64,000 nucleotides of DNA from a virus (Duplodnaviria > Caudoviricetes). The position numbers and the translations under genes were made by a program. The stretch spans positions 2,385 to 66,384 of IMG/VR virus record IMGVR_UViG_2698536598_000002, one strand, 5' to 3'. How positions within the stretch are numbered: position 1 is the first letter of the stretch; each line of letters begins with the position of its first letter. The notes below the pieces were generated by a model. That model saw nothing but the letters and a program-made list of their open reading frames with translations. It did no database searches and was not told the DNA's origin. Positions 1 to 8,061 of this stretch are shown piece after piece.

Positions 1-9
1 CGACGAGGA

Positions 10-228
10 TCACGACGTCTTCTCCTTGGTCGTGGGGGTCCAGCCCGGATAGTCGTTGGGGCAGGAGCAGGCGCCCGGGCAGGCGCAGGCCAGGTCCGCG
101 AACGCCTGGTCGGCGGGGTCGAGGAGGTGCCGCTGCTCGGCCGCCGCACCGTCGGCGAGACGGCTGGCGGTCAGACGCTCGACCAGCACGTGCAGGTCGA
201 CATCCAGGCGGTGGATCGGGAGCGTCAT
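10..228 (-). CDS. Small hypothetical phage protein with Cys cluster
   Basis: 72-aa ORF overlapping the antirepressor stop; CACPGACSC. Confidence 0.65.
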   Translation of the reverse strand: MTLPIHRLDVDLHVLVERLTASRLADGAAAEQRHLLDPADQAFADLACACPGACSCPNDYPGWTPTTKEKTS

Positions 229-1061
229 GACGCCTCCCCGAGCCTCTGCTGGGCGGGGTATCGGTCGGCGTAGAACTCGCCCCAGACCTTGTCGAACATC
301 GGCCGGTCCGCCTCGGTGTACGACTTCACAGCCCGCTCACGGCCGTCGACAAGACCGATCGAGTCCTTCGGCTTCTCGCCGTGCTGCATCTCGTAGGCCA
401 GCGAGATCCGCCGACCGAACGACGACCGCACCGAGCGGCGCTCGCCCTTAGTCAGGCCCGCGTCCTTCAGGTACGTCTCGACGAGCAGGGCCCGGTCCTC
501 GGGTGCGATCTCGGCGATCTCGCCAGCCGCCTCCGCGTAGTGGTGCAGCTGCCGGGAGCGCTTCCACCGCGGGTCGACGGTCTCGTCCATCGCAGCGATG
601 AGCTGGACCAGGCCGAGCGCGCGGCGGATGCGGCGCTCCTCGATCTGCTGCTGCAGGGCGTCCAACTGCTCATCGGTGGCGCGCTCGTTGATGGCGCCAC
701 CACGGGTCCAGTACGCCTCGATGGCGTCCGCGGTCTCGTCCTGGAAGGCGACGAGGATGGGACGGGCAGCAGCGCTGACGCGATTCTCGTCGATCGTTGC
801 GAGGAGCATCAGGAAGGTGCGGACCGGGACAATGTCCATCTCGCGGACCTTGCCGTCCTCGGCAACCGTTGCTTTCTGAGCAATGGTTGCCCAAGAGCGG
901 GACCGGAGCTTGCGGTACTGCGCCGGGTAGCTCAGCCCCAGCTCTTCGACCGCAGGGCGGATGATGACGTGCGGCTGGCCGTCGACCAGCGTGGTGTGGA
1001 TGGAGCCGGCCGACAGGTCGAGTTTCACGACCTCGCGCGACTCGGGTGACAATGGAGACAA
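225..1061 (-). CDS. Phage antirepressor (P22 Ant N-terminal-like domain)
   Basis: N-terminus DGQPHVIIRPAVEELGLSYPAQYRKL...WLATIDENRV-type pattern of P22_AR_N proteins. Confidence 0.8.
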   Translation of the reverse strand: MSPLSPESREVVKLDLSAGSIHTTLVDGQPHVIIRPAVEELGLSYPAQYRKLRSRSWATIAQKATVAEDGKVREMDIVPVRTFLMLLATIDENRVSAAARPILVAFQDETADAIEAYWTRGGAINERATDEQLDALQQQIEERRIRRALGLVQLIAAMDETVDPRWKRSRQLHHYAEAAGEIAEIAPEDRALLVETYLKDAGLTKGERRSVRSSFGRRISLAYEMQHGEKPKDSIGLVDGRERAVKSYTEADRPMFDKVWGEFYADRYPAQQRLGEAS

Positions 1062-1147
1062 CGGGGTCCCCTTTCTTCTCGCAGGTGAAGGTGGATCTCG
1101 ATCGAGGTCGCCCGGACTTGGTCGTTGGGGCGGCCTCTTTGCTGCCG

Positions 1148-1435
1148 TCAGGCGGCAGCGCGGGCCGGCTCAGGCGGGCGGGAGTTGTGCAGGGCTTCCG
1201 CGTCGGGGGCCGGACCGGTCTGGCCCTTCAGCCAGTGCTTGATGTCCGTGAGGCGCCAGGCGGCCTTGCGGGCGCCGATCGTCACGGACCACGGGCCGTG
1301 GCTGCGGCCGGTGCGCTTCTGCTCCTGGCGGTCCTTGTAGAGCTGCTCGACGGATCGGCCGGTGAGCTCGGAGGCCTTGTCGGCCCAGACATGTCCGGGC
1401 GGGGGCGGCTGGTTGAACGTGGGGGTGCGGGGCAC
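1148..1435 (-). CDS. AlpA/excisionase-like HTH DNA-binding protein
   Basis: ASELTGRSVEQLYKDR...AAWRLTDIKHWL; AAGGAG RBS before GTG. Confidence 0.75.
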   Translation of the reverse strand: MPRTPTFNQPPPPGHVWADKASELTGRSVEQLYKDRQEQKRTGRSHGPWSVTIGARKAAWRLTDIKHWLKGQTGPAPDAEALHNSRPPEPARAAA

Positions 1436-1438
1436 TGC

Positions 1439-1573
1439 TTACTCCTTTTGATCGGGGTCCGTAGTGGCGGTGACCTGTTTTGGTGTCGACGGGGGCGCGA
1501 AAAGGACGAGGATGGCGACGCCGACTGCCTCCGCTATGGCGATGGCATCCTCGACGTCGGCGGTGGGCTGCTT
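1439..1573 (-). pseudogene. 3' remnant of a Cro/XRE-like HTH gene lacking its 5' part
   Basis: Startless frame KQPTADVEDAIAIAEAVGVAILVLFAPPSTPKQ...KE* resembles, from memory, the C-terminal helix of Streptomyces prophage XRE proteins; it ends just before the next RBS. Confidence 0.5.
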
Positions 1574-1600
1574 GCAACTCCAAGTCGTAGAACAGGTCGG

Positions 1601-2596
1601 TCACGGACTGTCCGGGACATCGAGGCGGACGGTGACGGACTCGATGGATGCCCGAAGTTCGGCGACGATCGCGGTCGGGTCAAGATCACTGACGTTGGCG
1701 GCCAGAGTGGCGACGGCCTTCACCAGCTCGCCGTTCACCGTGGACAGCGCCTTCAGGTCGGCTTGCAGGGAGCGCAGACGCTTCCCCTGGTCGACGAGGA
1801 GCGACGCCGCGGTCCAGGCGTCGTTACCGGGGGACCAGTCGGCGGGTACGCCGATGACGTTGTCGGTCGTCCAGACCTTCTTGACGTCGTCAGTGGTCAG
1901 CGGCATGTCTTCCTCCTTTGCCTCGCCCTTGGCGAGTCGGATGACCTGGGCGAAGTCCATGGAGCCGGGGTCGCCGTGGTCGTTCTCGGGCACGTGCTGG
2001 TGCCCGCACCAGCCGGTGAAGTTACGCCACTCGGCCTGGGACATGCGGGCCGGGCTCGCCCCATATGAGGCTGGGGTGATGCCGGGTCGGCGGGCGTCTT
2101 TGCCGTAGGCGAGCCAGTCCTTCACGCAGGTGAGCGGGATGCCGTGGTTGTCGTGGAGCCAGCGCACCAGCCAGGCGACTTCGGCGAGCGCCCAGTCGGG
2201 GGCGGTGGGCCAGTGCAGGTAGTCGACGCCTGCCTTCGTCCCGGCCCACGTGGTCGTCTTCGTGTCGTCGCAGGTGCCGACGAGTTCGATCTGGAAGGCG
2301 TTCGCTGTGTTCGTTTCGACGCCGCCGAGCTTGTTCGCGAGGGCGCGGGCGGACTCGTCCACGTCGTAGTGCTGGTACCAGCGGATCTTCTTCGCTGCGA
2401 AGTCCGGCAGGCCGGTGACTGTGGGGGCGAGCGCACCACGGCGCCCGGAGCTGTCCGCATAGCTGGGGACGGTCCGGCCCTCGGTGGTGTGCGCGACTCC
2501 GCAGTTCACTTCCATGTCGGAGCCTGAGAACTGCCCGGTCCCGTAGAAGTAGGTTTGGGATGCGCCGGGGATCTTCTGCGGGCCGGTCTTGGCCAT
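1601..2596 (-). CDS. Endolysin, N-acetylmuramoyl-L-alanine amidase type
   Basis: HTTEG and WCGHQHVPENDHGDPG Zn-amidase motifs; position after tail genes; start re-set to ATG 2596. Confidence 0.88.
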   Translation of the reverse strand: MAKTGPQKIPGASQTYFYGTGQFSGSDMEVNCGVAHTTEGRTVPSYADSSGRRGALAPTVTGLPDFAAKKIRWYQHYDVDESARALANKLGGVETNTANAFQIELVGTCDDTKTTTWAGTKAGVDYLHWPTAPDWALAEVAWLVRWLHDNHGIPLTCVKDWLAYGKDARRPGITPASYGASPARMSQAEWRNFTGWCGHQHVPENDHGDPGSMDFAQVIRLAKGEAKEEDMPLTTDDVKKVWTTDNVIGVPADWSPGNDAWTAASLLVDQGKRLRSLQADLKALSTVNGELVKAVATLAANVSDLDPTAIVAELRASIESVTVRLDVPDSP

Positions 2597-2616
2597 GGCG
2601 CGGGCCCCTCTCTCTG

Positions 2617-3048
2617 TCAGTAGTCGCTGGTTGCGCCGACGAACTGGGCGTGCTCGATGGCCCAGGGTTCGGTGTGGTCGTGCCACACTTCGACGCCGAC
2701 GGGCTGCCCTGCTTGGCCGGCGAACGGCCAGGCGACGGTCTGCCATGACCGGCCTGGAGTTGCCGTGCGGTCGTCTGCGCCGGTGTCATCGCGGATGCCG
2801 TGCGGGTCCCGGATGAAGCGGGACATGAACTGCCGAGGCCTGAGATCACCGTCGGGAACAGTGATGGCTGCCCACCGGAGGTTGCGGGCCCACAGGAAGT
2901 CGCCGTTGGACGGCGGCAGGATCAGGCAGTAGTCGCGCGCCATGTACCGGTCGTTGCTGATGACCTTCTCGTAGGTGAGCAGCGTCCAGGTGTTCGGCGG
3001 GATGAGCTGCGGCTTCTCGCCTCGGTAGAGCTTGCACAGAGTTGCCAC
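2617..3048 (-). CDS. Hypothetical protein, tail/lysis boundary
   Basis: 143-aa ORF coupled to the upstream gene. Confidence 0.7.
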   Translation of the reverse strand: MATLCKLYRGEKPQLIPPNTWTLLTYEKVISNDRYMARDYCLILPPSNGDFLWARNLRWAAITVPDGDLRPRQFMSRFIRDPHGIRDDTGADDRTATPGRSWQTVAWPFAGQAGQPVGVEVWHDHTEPWAIEHAQFVGATSDY

Positions 3049-3058
3049 GACCGCCCCC

Positions 3059-3688
3059 TCACAGGCTGCAGAAGACGCCGTTGAAGCTCACCCAGGGAGG
3101 CTGGATTTTCGGATTGGCGGTCGACGAGGTCGTGCCGACGATCTGAATGTGGCCGTCTGTGGCGATGTCCAGCTTCACTGAGAGGACATCCGAGTTCGTG
3201 GTGGAGCAGGCGCCTGTCAGAGAGCGGAGCGAGGTGGGCCGTGCGGCGGCGGGAAGCGCCGTGCCTGTGATGACGCCGCCGTTTGCGATCACCGATGGGG
3301 AGCCGGAGTAGGTGACGTTGACGCCGCCTCGCAGCATCAGCGTGCTCTCGCCGAACAGGTTGACCACCCGGTACTGGAGGTTTCCGTTGCTGTTGCCGTT
3401 GTTGGTGAATCCGGCGGCCAGGGTGACGTTCGTCCAGGCCTGGGTGCCGGAGGCGACGGCGACCCACGCCGTGCCGTCGTAGACGGTGAGCGTCTTCTCG
3501 CTGTTCAGCCACGCCGTCATGCCCGCGACGGGGGAGGTGAGGCTGGCATTCCGGGTGGAGGCGGAAGCGAACCGCATCACCGACTGCCCCGCCATCCGCA
3601 GCAGGCCGTCGCCCATCGTCTTCAGGTCGGGGACGTCGCCGTAGTCCAGGGCGGCGAACCCCTGCCCGAACGTATCCGTGGTCGGCAC
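3059..3688 (-). CDS. Minor tail/fibre-like protein
   Basis: VAGMTAWLNSEKTLTVYDGTAW motif; Gly/Ser/Thr-rich beta region. Confidence 0.7.
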   Translation of the reverse strand: MPTTDTFGQGFAALDYGDVPDLKTMGDGLLRMAGQSVMRFASASTRNASLTSPVAGMTAWLNSEKTLTVYDGTAWVAVASGTQAWTNVTLAAGFTNNGNSNGNLQYRVVNLFGESTLMLRGGVNVTYSGSPSVIANGGVITGTALPAAARPTSLRSLTGACSTTNSDVLSVKLDIATDGHIQIVGTTSSTANPKIQPPWVSFNGVFCSL

Positions 3689-3698
3689 CGGCTCCTCC

Positions 3699-3968
3699 TC
3701 AGACTTCCTCGACCTGGCGCCGTGACACCGAGGTCTCCTCGAACCGCAGATCCGCGGTCCACCCGTCGGCCTTCAGGGCGCTGTAGAGGACGCCCAGCCA
3801 TTCGAGAACCGTCTCCTCGGTCGGGGTCGGCCCTTCGACCCCGATGCCGATCTGCGCGGTCAGGAACACGCTGTTGCCGTCCCCGAGGTCTTTCGTCGCG
3901 GACACGTCCACGCTGGCGGGCAGGACAGGGAACTCGGGCGGGCTGGGGGTGCTCCACTGCAAGGCCAT
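3699..3968 (-). CDS. Hypothetical tail-region protein
   Basis: GGAG RBS + ATG 3968 (MALQWSTP...). Confidence 0.65.
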   Translation of the reverse strand: MALQWSTPSPPEFPVLPASVDVSATKDLGDGNSVFLTAQIGIGVEGPTPTEETVLEWLGVLYSALKADGWTADLRFEETSVSRRQVEEV

Positions 3969-3976
3969 GCGATCTC

Positions 3977-4702
3977 CTATGCGACTCGGGTGGCGCGCAT
4001 CCACGAGCCGAGGCCCATGCGGGTGGCTGTGGCGTTCGACGCGGACGGCGCCCACGACAGAGCGCATGTGCCGGCGGACGTGGTGGTCACGACCCCGGTT
4101 TCGATGGCGTAGAGCAGATTCGTGTTGGTGTTGCGGCGGCCGTAGGTGATGGTCGTGCCGAAGCCGTGGGAGCCGGCGCGCATGCTGATGTTGTCTGCCG
4201 CGGTATCGGTGGCGGCCGAGCCGGGCCCGTGGACGCCTTTAAGGCCTCCCGCGCTGGCCGGGGTCGTCCAGGCCGTGACCATGAGACCGGCGGAAGGTCC
4301 GCCGACGAACAGGTGGAACTCGACGACGTACACGGCTGTGGCGTCGAGTTGCATGGTCAGGTCGGGGTCGTCGGCAAAGGTGGTCGTGTTGGCTCGGTCT
4401 GTGGGCGCCGCCTTGTACTTGTAGAGCGGCTCCCCGAGCGGCGACGCCGCGGTGGCAGTCCGGCCGGCTGCCCACCAGTTGCCGCTGCCAGACTGGACGA
4501 GCAGCACCTGGTCGCCGACGGTCGGGCGCTGATACGACTCCAGGCGGCGGGCCCGTACATCTCCCACATCGACGGTTCCTGCGGCGCCGACTGCGGTGAC
4601 CGTGCCGGTGCGTACATCGGCACGCCGCACATTGGGGTCGTCCTGGCCTGCCTGCGTGGCAGCTGCGGCGATGGCTGCGGCCACATTGAGGGGGCCGGGC
4701 AT
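3977..4702 (-). CDS. Minor tail protein
   Basis: Start ATG 4702 overlaps the upstream stop; RTGTVTAVG N-terminal motif; beta-rich C-terminus. Confidence 0.7.
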   Translation of the reverse strand: MPGPLNVAAAIAAAATQAGQDDPNVRRADVRTGTVTAVGAAGTVDVGDVRARRLESYQRPTVGDQVLLVQSGSGNWWAAGRTATAASPLGEPLYKYKAAPTDRANTTTFADDPDLTMQLDATAVYVVEFHLFVGGPSAGLMVTAWTTPASAGGLKGVHGPGSAATDTAADNISMRAGSHGFGTTITYGRRNTNTNLLYAIETGVVTTTSAGTCALSWAPSASNATATRMGLGSWMRATRVA

Positions 4703-5799
4703 TACGTGTCCTGCTTTCCGCCGATGGTGGCGATGGTGATGGAGTCGAGGCCGAGACTGATCGAAAAGCTCTGGATCTGCTGGAGCTCCCGCTGCCCGTC
4801 CTCGTAGGTCACGCGCAGAACGTCGCCCGGCTCCAGGCACGGGTTCGGCAGCGACGTCAGCGACACGGTGGCCGTCGGCTTGAGGGCGTCCCGCAGCAGC
4901 TTGGTCGCCGCGCCCTGCGCGAGCCCAGAGTTGATGAGGGTGGCCGATGAGTAGAACTTCGGCACCCGGCCGAACGGACCACCGACGTAGGTGGGGCTGG
5001 TCGGGTCGGTGTCGGAGGCCGTGGCCGAGACGGGCACTGCATTGTCCTCGGCGTTCTCCCCGGAAGCGACGACCACGTTGTACATGCCCTCGCGGGAGAA
5101 CGACCTGGTCGCGGAGATGAGAACGCCGTCCGCGCCCGCATCAACATCCCAGGCGACCGCGGCCGTCAGCATGTCGGGCAGCTCGGCAATGATGAACTGG
5201 CCGTCGGCGTCCGCGTACACCTCGGCGCCGATCGCGGTGGCGCACTCCTGCACCGCCGCCCACCGGTCTCCTTGCGTATCCCACGCCATCGTGCCAAGCG
5301 TCGCGTCCGACGCCCGGTTCACTACGACCGCGCCCGGCATCGAATCATGGATCAGCCCCGTGATCGCCGTGACTGCCGCAGTCGCACCGCGCGTGCTGTA
5401 CGGGGCGAGGAACTTGTCGTCGGCCAGGACAGCTTCGAGACCGGAGCCGGTCATGGTGACCGGGCCGAGTGACGGCTCGCCCTCGATGGAGTCGATACGG
5501 AACAGACCGAGCGGAACACTCTCGACGGTACCGTCGCCGTAGATGACGCCTCGCCGGATCAGTAGCCGGCCACCATAGATGGCCATCTGCCCGGACGGGG
5601 TCATCGGGATCAGGCTCGTATCGGGCACGGTGACCGAGCAGGTACGGCGTACCGTGCTGCCCCGGTCGACGGTGACGCTGCCGTCCGTATGGTCCAAAGT
5701 CTGCACGACGCCGTCGGCTCGCAGCAACTGCACCTGCGTGTACGGAACGTGCGACTCGCGCAGCGCGGGCAGGAACCGGTCGGAGGGGACGGGATACAC
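4702..5799 (-). CDS. Minor tail / baseplate hub-like protein (DUF5047-like)
   Basis: GSVTVDRGSTVRRTCSVT...VPLGLFRI...DRWAAVQECA...YNVVVASG pattern; second gene after tape measure. Confidence 0.75.
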   Translation of the reverse strand: MYPVPSDRFLPALRESHVPYTQVQLLRADGVVQTLDHTDGSVTVDRGSTVRRTCSVTVPDTSLIPMTPSGQMAIYGGRLLIRRGVIYGDGTVESVPLGLFRIDSIEGEPSLGPVTMTGSGLEAVLADDKFLAPYSTRGATAAVTAITGLIHDSMPGAVVVNRASDATLGTMAWDTQGDRWAAVQECATAIGAEVYADADGQFIIAELPDMLTAAVAWDVDAGADGVLISATRSFSREGMYNVVVASGENAEDNAVPVSATASDTDPTSPTYVGGPFGRVPKFYSSATLINSGLAQGAATKLLRDALKPTATVSLTSLPNPCLEPGDVLRVTYEDGQRELQQIQSFSISLGLDSITIATIGGKQDT

Positions 5800-5811
5800 G
5801 AGCGCCCCCTC

Positions 5812-8058
5812 TCAACCCCCGGTGCGCTGATCGAGCGCCAGGTCGAGGACTGTCGCGTAGCGTCCGATCAGGCTGAGGACGCTGGCGTTCTCGATGCCCA
5901 CGTCCCGTACCGTCCAGGTCGCCGAGCCGGTCGTGCCGCCCGTCGGCCGGTCGACTTCCGTGAGCGGCAGCTGCCACTCCCGCCAGCCCTCCGGTGCATA
6001 GGTGGACACCCGCGGGAACGAGGTCTGGCCGACGGACACGTACACGTCCGGCTCGCCCATGCTGGGATCCGACTGCCACAACAAGACGTTGCCGGTCGCC
6101 AGGAGGAACCGGAGAGATTCCCGTTCATCGTCCGACTGAGTCCACACCGTCAGCGAGCCCTCGCGGCCCGACCGGATCCGCGACAGCACGACAGCGTTCT
6201 GCCGCCCGGCCAGCCGCATCACGTTCTGCTCGATCGGCTGCTGCCAGGCCGGCGCCTCCTTCACCAGAACCCGGCGGTTGAGCTGCGGCCGGAGCGGATC
6301 CTTCAGCCAGGAGTAGTTGATGTCGCCCGCGTCGAGGGTGAAGACGCTCGTCGTCCGATACGCCACCAGCGCACCCGTCGACGCACTGTAGAACTCGATC
6401 CGGTACGAGACCGGAACCCCGAGCGGCGCCTCATAGTCGGTGACGATGTACGTGTCGGCCCCGGCCGCGACCTGCTCTATCAGCCCGGAACTGCCGCGCA
6501 CCAGCGTTCTCGATCCGTCGCCGAGCACCCGGTAGAGGGTCATCAGCCACGAGGCGTCGATCTCCCGCACAGTGATCTCAGCCGATGTCGTCGAATGGTC
6601 CACGACCACAGTCGTCGCCGGCAGCACTTGGAACAGTTGGACCGCGTCCAGCTGCAGGGTGCTACTGCCAGATGTCGCAGTCAGCGTGTAGTCGATCTGC
6701 GCGAACGCTGCGGTGGCCGGGGCCGTGAAGTCCTGCGCGATGATGTACCACAGTCCGTCGCTGGGTACCGCGACAGCGCTGCTGGACGAGGTGGAGATGA
6801 GGCTACTGGCGGCGTTCAGCCAGCGGACTGATGCAGCCAGCGTCCATCCGCCCCCCACCCTCTTCGCCGCAGTGGAGACCCGCCAGTTGACGCCAGGCGT
6901 CACCGGATACTGCCCGGACCGGATGGTGCTTGCGGTGGCGGTGCTACTGGTTACGGTGAGGCTGTACGTCTCCACGAACGCCTGCGCGCCCCACGGCGTC
7001 GACCGGGCAATCGTCGCCACACCAGAGGGCACCGTCCACTGCCCCACCCCCTGCTCGAAACCCGAGTCGGCATACAGAACGACACTGGGCTCGGGGATGC
7101 TGCTGACCGTTGTCGTGGTCCGCACCTTGAGAACGGCGCTCTCGGTACGCACCACCTGAGCGGTCGTGCCAGAGGTGATGCCGAACGCCAGCGAGGCCGT
7201 TGCCGCACCGGCCGGAGCAACCGCCGAGGCGATCTGTCGGTACCAGCCCGTCCCTGGCGCCGCCAGAACGGACCGGGTGGCCTGGATCTGGGCGTTGGAC
7301 GCGTCATAGAACCGCAGCTCGATCCAGCACGACGAACCCGAAGTCGGCGGGTTGAGGTAGGCGTATCCGAGATACTCCGTGCCGGGTGTGACCGCCGGCC
7401 GTTCGGTGCACAGCGCGGATGCATTGCCGTTCGCGGTTACCGTCAAGGTGAGCTGTTCGCCGCCCGAGTAGTACCAGTTGACCGGCCACGACAGCATGGG
7501 CGCTGTCCGCGACAGGCTGCAGTTCGTCTCTACGCCCCAGGTGGTGCCGGAGAGGTCGTGCTGCTCCGCGTCGAAGGACAGCAGGTTCCCCGCGAAGCGC
7601 AGTGGATAGCCGAGGTAGACGTTCTCGAAGAAGGTGTTCTGATTGCCGGCCCCCGCTGTCGCGGACACCAACACCTGCGCACGGGCCGTCCCGGCTGGGG
7701 CGGTGCCGCCGACTGAGATGCGGTGCCACGTCGCCGAGGCTGTGGCAGTCGTCAGCGACCAGGTGATCGAAATTTCCGTACCGGAGGCGTTCAGCCAGCG
7801 GATACCGATCCGCTCAGGAACCGATGTTCCGCTGGCATCCGCGAACGCCCAGTACGTTTCCGCCGGGGTGACGGCGTAGGAGGAGTAGGTGCGGGCCTGC
7901 ATCTCCCCCGCCGCCACAGACTTCATCTGAACGCAGCCGTCACCGTTCCGGCCGCCCGTGCCGAGCGACAAGCTGCAGTTCAACTTGGCCGCCCAGCCGG
8001 ACGTGTTCGGATCGACCGACTCGGTAGTTACCGACAGGAAGTTCCCGGGGATCGCCAC
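5812..8058 (-). CDS. Distal-tail-like protein with three tandem carbohydrate-binding-like modules
   Basis: First gene after tape measure; three repeats of VTP(G/A)..Y/W...(I/L/V)R(W/F)(L/Y)(N/D)AS...APA. Confidence 0.72.
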   Translation of the reverse strand: MAIPGNFLSVTTESVDPNTSGWAAKLNCSLSLGTGGRNGDGCVQMKSVAAGEMQARTYSSYAVTPAETYWAFADASGTSVPERIGIRWLNASGTEISITWSLTTATASATWHRISVGGTAPAGTARAQVLVSATAGAGNQNTFFENVYLGYPLRFAGNLLSFDAEQHDLSGTTWGVETNCSLSRTAPMLSWPVNWYYSGGEQLTLTVTANGNASALCTERPAVTPGTEYLGYAYLNPPTSGSSCWIELRFYDASNAQIQATRSVLAAPGTGWYRQIASAVAPAGAATASLAFGITSGTTAQVVRTESAVLKVRTTTTVSSIPEPSVVLYADSGFEQGVGQWTVPSGVATIARSTPWGAQAFVETYSLTVTSSTATASTIRSGQYPVTPGVNWRVSTAAKRVGGGWTLAASVRWLNAASSLISTSSSSAVAVPSDGLWYIIAQDFTAPATAAFAQIDYTLTATSGSSTLQLDAVQLFQVLPATTVVVDHSTTSAEITVREIDASWLMTLYRVLGDGSRTLVRGSSGLIEQVAAGADTYIVTDYEAPLGVPVSYRIEFYSASTGALVAYRTTSVFTLDAGDINYSWLKDPLRPQLNRRVLVKEAPAWQQPIEQNVMRLAGRQNAVVLSRIRSGREGSLTVWTQSDDERESLRFLLATGNVLLWQSDPSMGEPDVYVSVGQTSFPRVSTYAPEGWREWQLPLTEVDRPTGGTTGSATWTVRDVGIENASVLSLIGRYATVLDLALDQRTGG

Positions 8059-8061
8059 AGG

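Noticed and set aside
1170-1604. 144-aa ORF coupled to the lysin stop as an intact gene or holin
   Set aside because: No TM segment; Arg/His/Pro-rich after residue 12; overlaps the excisionase-like gene out of frame. Treated as a junction artefact.
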